A stretch of 64,000 bases of DNA, taken from the NCBI GenBank assembly GCA_028534125.1, contig CM052832.1:24490001-24554000 (forward strand), in the 5' to 3' direction. A program made the translations under genes and the position numbers. The stretch is from Lama glama (lineage: Eukaryota). Position 1 is the stretch's first letter; the number at the start of each line of letters is the position of its first letter. Below the pieces are notes generated by a model, which saw only the letters and a list, made by a program, of their open reading frames with translations, was not told the DNA's origin and ran no database searches. This document shows positions 37,285-49,644 of the stretch, one piece after another.

Positions 37285-38433
37285 CCTGTATCTTCTTTCA
37301 GCAAATATTTACTGAGCATGTGCTCTAAGGCAGGCATCCACAACAGCTAAAAAGAACTTTCAGTCAGTGGGAAGGGAGATGAGAAAACAGGCAACTCCTT
37401 TACACCGCGGCTGGTGCTCTTTTAGAGGTACCCAGGGGATGCCATGGATGTGGGCCAGTGTGGCAGCTTCTCGAGTCAGGGAAGCCTTCATCCTCAGACC
37501 TGAAGGACTGACAGATGTTAACCAGGAAACAAAGTGCGTGTATCAGGCGGCATACATATGTAACAGGCCACTTCGACCTTTAGGTGCTTAAAACAACAAA
37601 CATCATTATTTCTTCTGATTTTGCAAGTCAGCCAGGCTATTCCAGTCTAGCCAGCTTGGCTGGGACTGATTGGTCTGGGATGGACGCACTCGCGTGTCGA
37701 GCTGTTGTGAGGCTGGTTGGGAGAGGGGGCGCTTCAGCTGGGACAGCTTGTCCCTGCTCCACGCGGTCTCTCGTTCTCCAGTCGGCTAGTCTGAGCTTTC
37801 ATATTGTGATCTCAGGAGCAGCAAGAGAGGGCAGACCTCAGCACACGTGTGCTTTTCAGCCTCTGCTGCAAGATCTTTGCTAATTTCCCTGTGGCCAAAG
37901 CAAGTCACCTAGTAAGTCCGGCTTCAGGGGACGGGGGAAACGCCAGCTCTAGTCACCTGGTGGACAATGTGTGCGAAGCTCAGAGGTGAGAGAAGATGGC
38001 ATGTTGGAAAAGTTGCAAACAGTGCAGAGTGGCTGGAATAGAGCAGATGAAGAGTGTCAGAGTATCTTTTCAGTAAGCTCTGCTGAGGAGTTTGGAATGT
38101 ATTTTGAAAACAGGTGGCGAGTTCTTGAAAGATTTTAGGCAGGATGTTGACAATAATCAACAAGATATGTAAAAACATGATTAATGGCGAAAGCCTAAAA
38201 GCATTTGTGAGCTGAGACAATTCAGGGAAGTTTCTAAAGAGACATCCCAGGGATCTCTGGAGAAGACAGAAATACGGCAGCTGAGAGATGGTTCCAGGTA
38301 GACGTGTGCTTTCTAAAATGGGACCAGGAAAGAGAATGGAGATCCTCCAAGGCGTGTTTGGAAAGACAGAGGCTCAGGTCATGAGCAGTGTCCATGTCAA
38401 GTCTGCCGGGAGGACTTGGAACACCTTAAGGGG
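37285..38433 (-). mobile_element. L2 remnant split by an MLT1 LTR
   Basis: 'ttcagcaaatatttactgagcatgtgctctaaggcaggca' (L2 3' end). After the LTR the L2-like body resumes with 'gtgcagagtggctgga'. Confidence 0.55.
37538..37960 (-). mobile_element. MaLR LTR (MLT1G/H/I-like)
   Basis: 'gcttaaaacaacaaacatcattattt', 'cagctgggacagcttgtccctgctccacg', 'tggccaaagcaagtcac'. Confidence 0.75.
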
Positions 38434-38443
38434 GTTGGATCTT

Positions 38444-38630
38444 TTCTTTTATTGAAGTACATAGTTGATTTACAATATTGTACTCATTTCTGGTGTACAG
38501 CACAGTGATTCAGTTATATATGTATGTACATATTCTTTTCCATTATGGTTATTACAGGGTATTGAGTAGAGTTCCCTGTGCTATATGGTAAGACCTTGTT
38601 GTTTATCGATTTTATTTGTAGTCGTTTAAA
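38444..38630 (-). mobile_element. Short artiodactyl-type L1 3' end with TSD
   Basis: 'ttttattgaagtacatagttgatttacaatattg...gttccctgtgctata'; 10-bp TSD GTTGGATCTT at 38434-38443 and 38631-38640. Confidence 0.9.
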
Positions 38631-40689
38631 GTTGGATCTTGCAGGCAGCCTTGTTCCATCACTTCCTGGTGGGATCCTGTCCAACTTCTGTGTCCCGGGG
38701 TTTCTAAACGAATACCTTACAAAGGGACTGACTGAAAGACCCATGAAGAGTCTTCTCCTCATAGGTAACATGACAGCATCCCCCGAGCCGAAGACTCTTC
38801 TTTCCAGCAGGTTTCCCTGTGACCTCAAAATAGGCAGTGTGTTGCAAGGGCCCTCTAAAAAATCCTTCTCTTCCCTTGGACGGGACCAGGGCTCACCCAT
38901 TAATTTCAAGAACTGACCTTTCAACTGTACTATTAAGTGTCACTCTTTAAAACTACTAAAATAGAAGTGGCTGTTTCATTTCACTAAACTCAACTCACCG
39001 AGAACGAGAACTTGTGGTTTTCGCCGGCCCGTTTGGGAGCCCGTTTGTTGTCGCCGAAACTGCACGATATGGGATGGGAGTCACAGGTTCTGTTCAGGCC
39101 CCGGGGTTATAACTCCAGTGTGGAAAATGCTATCTTTCGTAGATAAAACGTGGGGGCAGGGGACACCTAAATGTGCCTTCAGCAGATAACAAATTGCCAT
39201 GTTTTCTTTCTGATTCTTCAGTAAAAAAAAATAGGATGTACAGAAGAGTGTGGACAGGGTGGGGGTGGCCTCTGATTTGTGCTCTTTGCCTTGAGGGACA
39301 CCTGCCCTGACCATGTAATTAATTCCACAGCAAGTGGAAATCAAGGGGGTAGAGGAAGACGGGGAGGTGGAGGACTAAAAACCCAGAGCATCATTCTCTG
39401 GGGGCCAGCAGGCCGTCTTTGTAGGTCAGAGTCCTACATTTTCTCCACTTTAGAGAGTTTTAACAGCCTATGTAAACCAGCCTCTGGTGAGGGTACATGA
39501 TGGTATTAGGCCTTCGTTTTGTGCTCACTGATACAGGTGTTAGGTCAGCACTGAAGTCAGTCATGGCGATGCTCTGCAACCCTGGGGCTGGAGGCTCAGC
39601 TCCTGTGCCTGAAGGTGTGACCGCCAGGCACCGCTCCCTGGATGGGGGACACATTTTCAGACAGAAGACGGTTTGAGAAACCCTGCTGCTGGGTCAGAGG
39701 CTAAGGGCGTCTGTTTGCTGCTGAGAAGACGTTTTAGACATTCTTGATCAGAACGTCTTAATTATGTGGAAGACCGATAAATGTGAGGAAGGGGACCTCG
39801 TAATTTTAAATGCTCCGATTTGGCGAGCTCCGTCAGCGTGTGAAATGGCGGTGAAAACAGGGCATGTTTTGGAATTCTTGACTCTGCTTATTGGCGTTAA
39901 TAGCAGATCGTGGAGCAAACACTGACTCATTGCACCCAATACTGAAAGGAAGATACGGTTTGCTGTGCTCCGTCTGGTGTGGCTTCCCGCACAGAGTCCA
40001 GCAAAGTGCCGGGTGAAGGAGAGAGGCCCGCCGTGTAGGCAAAGGAACGGCCAACTCTGTTGCTCTCTCTGTACAAACCCAGGACCTTATAGGAGGTTTG
40101 CCATGAACTATTTATCAAAATAATACGTCTCTTTACATAACTCTTATTCAATCTGTCCTAGAGTATACAGAGTACAGAGGAGGAAAACAGAATTATTTTT
40201 GAAAGCAGGGTGAACATGCAGGTGTGTGTTCTGCCACCTGTGTGTTATTTCCCTGCGTTTGTTTAGCTTTTTTTTTTTCACCCACCTGTGCTTTCTATAG
40301 CACCTTAAGCAGTGTAGCCAGGCTAATCCACAAGGGACACGGATACACAATTAAAATGAACCCTGTCATCAAAACCACCTCCTGCTGTATACTACTTCAG
40401 AAGCTTTAGTAACACACTGAAGTCTGAACCAGGGGAACTTTCTTTGAAGCTACCCTTGTTGCCTCCTTGATTAACATACAGAGGCGGTCACTGCAAGCTG
40501 AGGTCTGACAGATGGTGTGGATTCTGATGGAGTAACGCCTGTACGTGTCCTGAGTATCTCACAAAGAGAGAGAGGCTGTCCCGATTTGGAATATTGTTGC
40601 TTCTCCCCCCTTTAAATGATAGAACTAGGTAGGTTTTCTGCCCAAATAGTACTGTATGAGGTATCTTCTCTGCCAGTCTCTCACCTGAT

Positions 40690-41190
40690 AACTTAAAATG
40701 CCACTAATAGTCCTCAATAGCCCTCAAGTATCCAGCAAAACCTTCCTCTTGTTTCCATTAAAATGCAAATGACCCTGGGACCTAGCCACAGATAAGGTAT
40801 TAGCATCCTGGTGTGAATTAGTTTCATCAGATCCTCCCTTACAAGCTTTCTCTCCCCTCCTTTCTAACTCTTAACTTGTTGACTCCTTATTATATCTGGT
40901 TTTTATTTGTATAATAAATATATAAATATATGGATAGCCTTGCATTATTATCACAAGTGTCATACTGTATTAAAATTACTCATTTGTATTTTGCTGCTTC
41001 TGGTAAAATAAAAGCTTCTTAAGGACAGGACCCTTGTATGATTTATGTTAGGTTTTTCAAGCCCTAGTAAAACATTCCACCCAGACAACTCTAAATAAAC
41101 ATTCATTTATTCATTCATCAGGCATTTATTGAGTGCTCACTCTGTCTGCAACTGAATCTTGAAATTCTGCCTTTCTAGAAGTTTAGAGTG
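40690..41190. mobile_element. Degenerate L2 3' ends, tail-to-tail
   Basis: 'taaagcttcttaaggacagggaccc' (+ strand), then 'cattcatttattcattcatcaggcatttattgagtgctcactctgt' (- strand). Confidence 0.55.
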
Positions 41191-43109
41191 GCCAGAGGAC
41201 CCAGGCTGTCCACTGCACAGCTTTGGAAGATTTTAGAAACCTTCAGGTCTACCTTCCTATATGTTTAGGTGCAGTGAGTTGATCCAGATGAGTCATTCAA
41301 CCTCTGAGATAGGTTTTTTTTTTCTTTAAATCACAAAGCTACCCAGTTTTTTCCTGCTTCCATTCAGAAGCAGCACCGATCTAAGTAAGTTTACATTCTT
41401 CTATTCAAAATTAAGACAATGAGACTCTGTCCCTTTTACCTTCTAGACGTGACTGCTTGTGTACTGTTTCTTCCCCCTGCTGCTGAGGAAGGATTCCGTG
41501 TACACTATCCAGCAGCTCTGAGAACTTCTGCTTGTTCTAAATCTTAGTATCTCCAGTATCAGGCACAGACGATTTATAAAGGCATTGTGTTTACTTAGCA
41601 CGTTGTTAACGGCAGTCTCCTTAGAAGGGGAGCGGAAGTTCAATCCCTTTGCTTAAGATGCTCTTTGTTGAAACTGCGTACCTCACTGTATGCCAGCAAC
41701 TCATAGCCCGGGCATAACGTACTCTTGCTTATAGTATGTCCCTCTGGATAAGGTAATGATTATTATCTTATAAATGAATGTGTGTGTCCTAAACTAAATT
41801 ATTACTTTAGGCTCTAGCCTCAGAGTCTGTTAGTTCTCAGTGATGTTACTATCAAGGCTAATAGGAGACAAAGAATAGCTCTGATTTATATGGTCACGGC
41901 TATACTGTTAGCGTAAGGTTATTGCTACAGTTCTCTGTTTGGTAGGTTCGCAGAGTTAAGTATTCAGTGGTTACTAGACTGAAACAGAAATTGGGTATCT
42001 CTACCCAAGAGCATAGCCATGTTTTATAAGGAACAGAAAAAACATGAGTGCGTGGAATCTTCAAACAATCTTTTAGTCTTCTTTTAGGCAATAGTTTGGC
42101 TTTTTTCTCTACTAAACTTTTGGACAGGGTTGTTAGCAGGTAGTAAAGTTTAAAGTCAACTGTTTTAAGTTTTCCCTTCTGGCTTTCTCGCATCCCTACT
42201 TTAATGCAGTAGAAATGTAAGTTACAGGGAAGATATCTCCCTAATTACTGAACTACAGTAAATAGCTATAGTGAATTGATGCCCATAGAAAGGGAGAATT
42301 TGAAACAGATGGCTTTTGATTAAAGGTTATTTCTTGCAACAGATTTCAAGTGGAAATTCTTAGTTTAGGAAAGATGATAAATATAATCTGTCTTTAAAAA
42401 CACTGGTGCTGGGGTACCTGTTTTTCTATACTGTTCCTTCCTGCCCCAAGGACCACCCTCCCACCCTACTCTGTGTGTACACCAAGAGTTTTGATGGATA
42501 AGAGCAAACACTGAAATCCAACCGTGGTGATTGGACCACGCATCCTTCTGGTTTGTTGATGGGGAACACATCCCAGTTGTGGAGTAACTGATTCATGCTA
42601 ATTCCTGCTCACGTTGCTACATTATCTTCATAAATAATTTGCGTCATGGGGTGTTTCTGCATATCTTGTGCATTTTAATGTTATTTTCAGCCAGGGTTTT
42701 GTTTCTACAATAACAATTTTTAAAAATAGACTAATCAAGGAACCTCCTCCAGAGTCGAGGAGACACGTACTAAGAATACGTCGAGATCTGTCTCCTTTCT
42801 TCCCAGGGCATTTCCCTTTGCTGCTGTTCTTGCTGCTACTTCTTGTAACTTTAGTTTTTTGGAATTTCCATGCCTTTTTTCCCTTATGCATCAGGACGTG
42901 GCTGTTAAAGTTATTTGTGTAATGAGAGGCTGCAGCACACTTATCTAAAGCAAGCATTGACTTCTGTGTAAGGCACTGGCTAGTCTACCCTTAACAGGGA
43001 GAACCTTATTGGAAACTTGAATTATGAGATGGAAAGAGCGTTAAATCTTTTCATTTGAAAAAAAAACTAGTCTCTTGCAAGTAATCTCTGCAGATAGCTT
43101 GAAGAGGAG

Positions 43110-43370
43110 TTAGGAAGCTACAGAGTAGCAACATACAAAACACTTACCGCGTGTTGTCACCCAGAGATGTTCACTGCTGTTGGCGTTTGAGTGTTTTCTT
43201 CCAGAATATTGTCTGTGCAGATGCACATAGATGTAGCTTTACCAAAATGGAATTATAATTGATAGACTTTTCTGAACCTCCTTTTCTCACTTCACAATAT
43301 ATTGTGAACATCTTTCCTTGTTCATAAATATAGATCTTTGCTATTTTTTTTTAATTTTCCAGTACATGGA
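43110..43370 (-). mobile_element. L1ME-type 3' fragment
   Basis: 'cacccagagatgttcactgctgtt...accaaaatggaattata...ttttctcacttcacaatatattgtgaacatctttcc'. Confidence 0.65.
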
Positions 43371-43559
43371 TATGAGGGTGAAAATTCTGACTTCACTGCT
43401 TGTAAGCACCATTTCTCCTCCCTATTTTTCTCTTTTCTCCGGGTATCCAGTGCAGACCTTGTGCTCTGCTCTTAACTATGGTCCAATGAGGAGCCTGAAT
43501 GAGGAGAAAATCTGGGAACCCTACTTGATGGAGAGCTACACTTTTGGGTTCCCTCCTCC

Positions 43560-44130
43560 TGGTCAGGACTTTTGAGAAATCATTACTCTTCCATCTTGGC
43601 CTCCTTAACACAGCTCAGCATGTCTTGTCTTGGAAATTTTACTTTCCTTTGGATTTCTGATATCTTCTGTTTAGTGTCCCTCAGGGCTGATGACTCATAA
43701 CCTCCCCTGTAGTGGGGTTCCTTTCTCCGGTGTCTCTAGCTTGGCCAGGACCTGGTAGAGACTCTTCCTTGCACCTCTTCTGGACTCCATGTCCCTTCCC
43801 AGTTGTCCGGAGTGACTCCACTCACCTTTCAGATTCCATGTTGACCTCCTAACCACAGTTCAGTACCTCCACTCTTTACCTCCAGTTATCTGTCAACTTG
43901 TGATGTTTGTCTTGAGGTCAAGTGCAGTGCTCTGCTCACCACTCTTCCCGGTGTCTTCTACCTCTAAACCTTGCCCACACCATCACCTCCATCTGAGAAC
44001 ACTGTGTCCTCCCCGTTCTTGACCCATTAAAACCTGTCGCCGCTAGTCTTTCAAACCCCGGCCAGGAGTCATCTTGATGGCGTCTTCTCTGATTAATTCC
44101 ACTGGGCTTTAGCCAATATCTCAAAAGACA
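43560..44130 (+). mobile_element. Degenerate L2 internal fragment
   Basis: Pyrimidine-rich sense L2-like blocks ('ttccttggatttctga', 'cctccagttatctgtcaacttg'). Confidence 0.4.
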
Positions 44131-44177
44131 TCTGGAGGGAAAACCTCAAACAGCTGACACTACAGTTTTGTTTTAGT

Positions 44178-45182
44178 TAACAGACTTTAATTTTTTTAGA
44201 GTAATGTTAGGTTTACAGAAAAATTGATTGGAAAGTACAGAGAGTTCCCACATTCCCTGCCTCACCCCCCCAACACAGTGTACCCCATTGTTAACCTCTT
44301 GCATTAGAGTGGTACCAGTATTGATATATATTGTTATTAACTGAAGTCCAGGGTTTACAGAAGGGTTCATTCTTCCCGTTGAGCATTCTGTGGGTTTTGA
44401 CAAGTGTATAATGATATGTGTCCGCCATTACGGTGTCATACAGAGTAGGTCCACCACCCTAAAAACCCCTAATGCTCCGTCTATTCATCCCTCCCCTCCA
44501 GCCACCAAACAATTGATCTTTCTACTGTCATCATAGTTTCACCTTTTCCAGAATGTCACGTCATTGGACCAATACGGCACGTAGCCTTTTTAGATTGGCT
44601 TCTTTCACTTGGTAATGTACATTTAAGGATCGTCCATATCCTTTCATGGCTTGATAGCTCATTTCTTTTTATCCCTGAATAATATTCCATTGCATGGGTG
44701 TACTGTAGTTTATCCATTCCCCTACTGAGGAGCATCCTGTCTGCTTTTAAGTTTTGGAAGTTATGAATAAAGCTACTATAAGCAGCCACATGCGAGTTTT
44801 CGTAGGGACATAGGTTTTCACCTCCTTTGGATAAATACCGCGGAGTGTGGTTGCTGGATCATGTGGTATGAGCATGTTTCACTTTCCAAGAACTGCCTAG
44901 CTGTCCTCCAGAAAGGCCCTGCATTTTGCATTTCCTCCCTCAGTGAATGAGAGTTCTTGTTGCTTCCCATCTTCACCAGCATTTGGTGTTGTCAGGGTTC
45001 CGAATTTTGGCCATTTTGCTAGGTGTGTAGCGGTATCTTGTTGTTTTAATTTGAAATTCCCTAACGGCGTATGATTTGGAGCATCTTTTCACCTGCTTGT
45101 TTGCCGTCCGTAGATGTTTTGTAGTGAGGTGTCTGTTCAAGTCTTTTGCCTGTTTTTTAAATTGGATTGTCTGTTTTCTAAT
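44178..45182 (-). mobile_element. L1MC/L1MD-type LINE-1 3' end
   Basis: 'agactttaatttttttagagtaatgttaggtttacagaaaaattga...gtacagagagttccca', 'ttgctggatcatgtggta', 'catcttcaccagcatttggtgttgtc'. ORF 44556-44789 carries the L1 peptide YTHAMEYYSGIKRNEL. Confidence 0.9.
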
Positions 45183-46009
45183 AATGTCATTTTTTCTGTA
45201 GCTCTCTTTTTGTTGTTATTTTTTACATCAAGTTGGTTCTAACTGCTCTTCTAGATTATGTGCTACTTGAAGGCATGCTCCCCTTCTTAGGAAACCCATC
45301 TGCCTCCCAGAGTGGTGGTCACTTCAGAGGTCCTCTTTGTGTCCAGGCTGCTTCAGTGTTATAAGGTCCAAGGCAAAAGCAAGAGCCAAGGAGGTAGAAA
45401 ACAGTGGTTTGCATAACATAGATCATAGCGTTTAGGTCCGTTTCTGAATCTGGTGTTAAGTTTGAGAAATTCCTTTCGTTAATGACTAAGTTGTATTCTC
45501 TGCTCTAATGATTTAATAGCATATCTTTGAGATGTTGTTTCTGATGCCTAAGTTTTACCTGCTGACTGCAGAAATCATTGTAACATCATCTTGCTGACCT
45601 ACTGAAGGCAGTAAATTGATGGCCATAAGTGAGAAAGTATAAGCTGATCTGTATACAGTATGAGAAATTGCATGTTCTGTATGTGCACTAATAATGAACT
45701 TGGGAGGAAGTCGGTATTAATTAGTGAAATTCCTGAATCACTGACTTCATTATTAGATAATGCAGAGCTTCTCAGCCCATGTGTTACAAATGGGCTACAG
45801 GTCTGTCAGCCCTTGGGCATCCTTGAACACAGGCTACAGAGCCCCTGGGATGGGGGAGCTTGACCATTTACGCTGGTGTGCTGCCGCCCAGATGTTCTTT
45901 TCTCTGTAAATTGTGCCACTGAACAGAGAGTGGACAGCACACTTTGGCATAATATGGAGTGATTTAAATGATTTAGAATTCACAAGTATCCAGTTCATTA
46001 TCGGCTTTC

Positions 46010-46600
46010 TGGTAGCAGAGATTCTGTGTGCTTATTAGTTCACTGCTCTAGCCTCATACCTCACACAGTGCTTGGTGTACATGTGCTCAATAAATGTTTA
46101 TCGGTTTGATTCATGAAACGTACTTGAATAATAAATTCATTGAGCATGTCACTTAACCCTCTCTTTCCTCACTTGCTAGAATTGGAAATGTAATTTATTT
46201 CTATATAACAGATAGAAATTTATACATAGATAATAGGGCTCTTGTTGTGACCTGAAGTGGCCTGTCGATAGCAGGGTGCCGGGTACAGAGTAGGGGACCC
46301 ATTGGTTCTGTCTTACCCTCTCTCATCTGAATTATTTTTAAGCACGGATGATGGTGGTGGTGATGATAATGATGATGACTGTGATGACAAAAAGGATATA
46401 ATTTGCATACAGTTGGTAAAGTTTATTGCCTTACACTGATGTAATCCTCAGAGAAACTCTTAGACAAGTGTTTCTTTTTATTCCTATTTTAATAAATGAT
46501 GAAACTGGTGCTCAGCAGAGTTAGATGATTGTGTAAGGTGGCACACATGGTACAATCATAAACAGAACTTGAGCCCAGATATTTTAACTTTTTACTTCAA
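46010..46600. mobile_element. Cluster of L2 tail and MIR remnants, with a (GAT/GGT)n tract at 46347-46388
   Basis: 'cacagtgcttgg...tgctcaataaatgtt' (L2); 'tcacttaaccctctc' (MIR, +); 'cctattttaataaatgatgaaactggtgctcagcagagttag...gaacttgagcccaga' (MIR, -). Confidence 0.6.
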
Positions 46601-48555
46601 ATCGCAAGAACTTTTCATCCGTACCGACCATTATTACAGATTAATTAAATCTGGATTCACTTTAAAGACTAGGTCACTTTCAATTAGCATGTTATTTGAT
46701 GCAAATGATGGTGACACAGTAAACTGAAGAATGCTTAAACGAGGTCAACATTCCTAACCTTTTTAGAAAAAAAAAGATAGCTAACAGTAAGCTTGAGCGA
46801 AACACTAGTGAGAACCTTTAAATGTAACTCTTGAGGCTGAATTAGTGGAGTTTTAATGTGAATTAATTGTCTGCAACATTTTCAAAAGATAAAGTGATAA
46901 AAGCATAACCCTACATGCCATTCTAGAACTCGGTGAGGTAAAATGAGAGGAGATGATGTCCTGTGAAAACAAGGATGTTGAAGAGGCAAGTTCATGTGGC
47001 TCCTTTAAATACATTTGATGCCGTCCTTCTGACAGGAAGAAATGTCTTTAAAATCTCATACCAGTGAGAAGGGGGAAAAATCAGCAATCTCTCTTCTTTT
47101 TTTTACTCTTTGGCTTGAATGTTGTCACTTTGGTCTGCTCTGGTTTTGATTCACAAATGATTTTTCAGAAACTACCCCCCTCCTATTTGGTTTTTTTTAA
47201 TGAAATACTTAATTTTTCCGCTGAAGATTGACACACAATCACTAGGACATGAGGTAGCTCCCCCTAAATCTTCCCGTTTTGTCAGCGGAATTTGACTTTC
47301 TACTCTTTAAAATATCTGAGAAAGATTTGCTCACAGGGTACAGTTCATTAGCATACTGGCATAATATGGACACCGCGTATTCACGCCTGCTTTGATTCAT
47401 TCTCCAAATACTTATTGAATGCCAGCAACAGGCCCTGTACCTGGAGAGGGAGGGAGAGTCTTTGGCCTGAGGAAGCTCACAGTCTTGACTCTGGTTCTTG
47501 GTTCACCAAACATCTTGTTTCTCTTCTACCAAATCCCAAGCTGCTTCTCTGCAGATACAACTGAACGCTGTTTGCCGAATTCTCCTTGCTTAGTCTGCAT
47601 CCATCTTGCTTATCAACCACCTTACAAGCTTGCGAGTTGGAGAAAAGAGGAAACGGGGTCTGTGCATAGCTCGATGTTTGGTTTCCTGGGCAGAGGACTT
47701 GCCCCAGGGATGCTGAGGGAGACATTGTCACTGCCACTGCCCTCGCGCATGGGCGTTTCCCTACGCATCAGGGAAACTTACCCTCAGCATCTTAGACAAA
47801 AAGCAAGGCTGAAAATAGAACGCAGGGGTGACCACCTTTTAACCTTTTAATCAGCCGTGTTTCAGTTCAGTTTGTTCCTGTTTGCTTGGAGAAAGGGAAC
47901 AAAAAAAAGGGGAGAGAGCTCTAATTACAAAGGCCGTGTTTCTCTCAGCCATACTATTTTCAACCCTGTGTAATTTGTACGGCTCAAGTGGCAAGTGCTG
48001 GCTTTTAAACATGGAGCGAGGCGCCTCCATCTATTACTTAGAAAAGACTGACTTCCACTTAAACAAAAGGCATATTCTCCAGGGCCTAGGCTGGGTGATC
48101 GGTATCAAGGAGCCGCTGTTCCTTTCTCCTTGGCGTTGGCCCTTGGAGGAGTCTCTTCCCCTTCCTCTTCCCCCGCTACCCTTTTTTTTTTTTCGGTTTG
48201 GTTTTTCTCCTCTTGGGTCAGGTGTGTTCACAGACAACCACGAATGTGGGGCTTGAGGAGGTTAGGATGAGACATGTGGCTGGATTTCTGGAAGGGCCTC
48301 ACCGTGACCCTAGGAACAGGGTGGGCTACACCTGTTCTCCCGCCTGGGAAGGTCTGCCCCGAGATGGAGCTTTGATCGTTGTGGCCAGAGCAGCCTTGCC
48401 GACATTCCTCCAAGGTCCCAAGCACAGGGCGGAAGCTATTTATTGAACAGTGCCTGAGGGGCTAGGTGACTTCTGTGTTATTTCTTACAAGATGTAAAGG
48501 CATCTTGGCAAACACTTTGGTGGGTATCTCCAGCTCCATGAGAGGCTAGACAAGG

Positions 48556-48671
48556 CGGAAGTGAGTCAGCTCAAGTTACCCTGCTAATAATAAGCATGCT
48601 GGTTTTGACCCTAAGTCTGAGTAATAAAATCCATGCGCTCTCTACCACGGTGCATTCCTTCCCTTGACTCA
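48556..48671 (+). promoter_or_regulatory. Candidate enhancer with ETS/AP-1 composite and TEAD/AP-1 pair
   Basis: CGGAAGTGAGTCA(GC) at 48556-48570; GCATTCC at 48652-48658; TGACTCA at 48665-48671. Confidence 0.5.
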
Positions 48672-49612
48672 GAAAGTACTCGATGGGAGAGGTGATGGCA
48701 GGGGCCACGTTATCACAGGCAGATGAAAAACTGTTCCCCCACTCCCACCCCGCCCTTCTGTTCTCTGAGATCCTGTGCAAACATGTGTGCAAACACGTTG
48801 CATCGATGGTGGCTCCAGCCCTTTGCTTGCTTAATTAACTTCAAACATGAAAACAAAGTTTAAATGGACCATGGATGCGTTACTTACATCCAAGTGTTTG
48901 TTATCCTGTGGGTGGAAAGTTACACAAGAACTCTTTTTTTTTTTTGTTCCTTTTGCTGTTCTTTCCTGTGTTTGAGCTTTATAGCGGCGCTACAGCAGCC
49001 ATCATCCACAGGGCACGTATCATCCATTGCTTTTACTTGATGATTTACAAATACTTTCAGTATCAACTCTTTCTTCTCTTTCTTTGCAGTTGAGTCCAAA
49101 ATGTATATTTTTTGGCATTGACTTGGTATTTTCCATGGTATAGTACATTACATGCTGTGACAAGTTATTTTTTAAAAACAAGTATAGAATTTAATGCATT
49201 AATAAACAGGTCAGCGGACATCATTCTCTTGTTTGCTTTCCATATTTAAAGAATCTCCCTGCCTAGGGCTCTGTCCACTTCATTGTTATTTTTCAGTATC
49301 AACTCCTTTCTCAAATACAGTCTAATGTGAAACCTCAGTATGTAAAACTGATGAAGGAAGATTTTGTTCATATAATGTTTGTTAGATTTCAATGTATAGT
49401 GCTGACTTTATAAAACCAAGAAAAAAGAACAGTGAGGCTTTGTGATGAACACAGAAATTTGAAATCAGTGTTACGGATGACAGCTGCAGGCTTTTCTAAC
49501 TTCAGTTTCCAATTTATTCCCTTTTGTTGTTGTTTGATTTTTTTTTAATATTGTTGCACAGTATTGAGAAAATCTTGGTTCCCTGAAATAAGGAGTTGCA
49601 AGTAATAACAGG

Positions 49613-49644
49613 GTTTTGTTTTTGTTTTTGTTTTTGTTTTTTTT
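49613..49644 (+). repeat. (TTTTTG)n microsatellite
   Basis: Read directly from the sequence. Confidence 0.85.
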
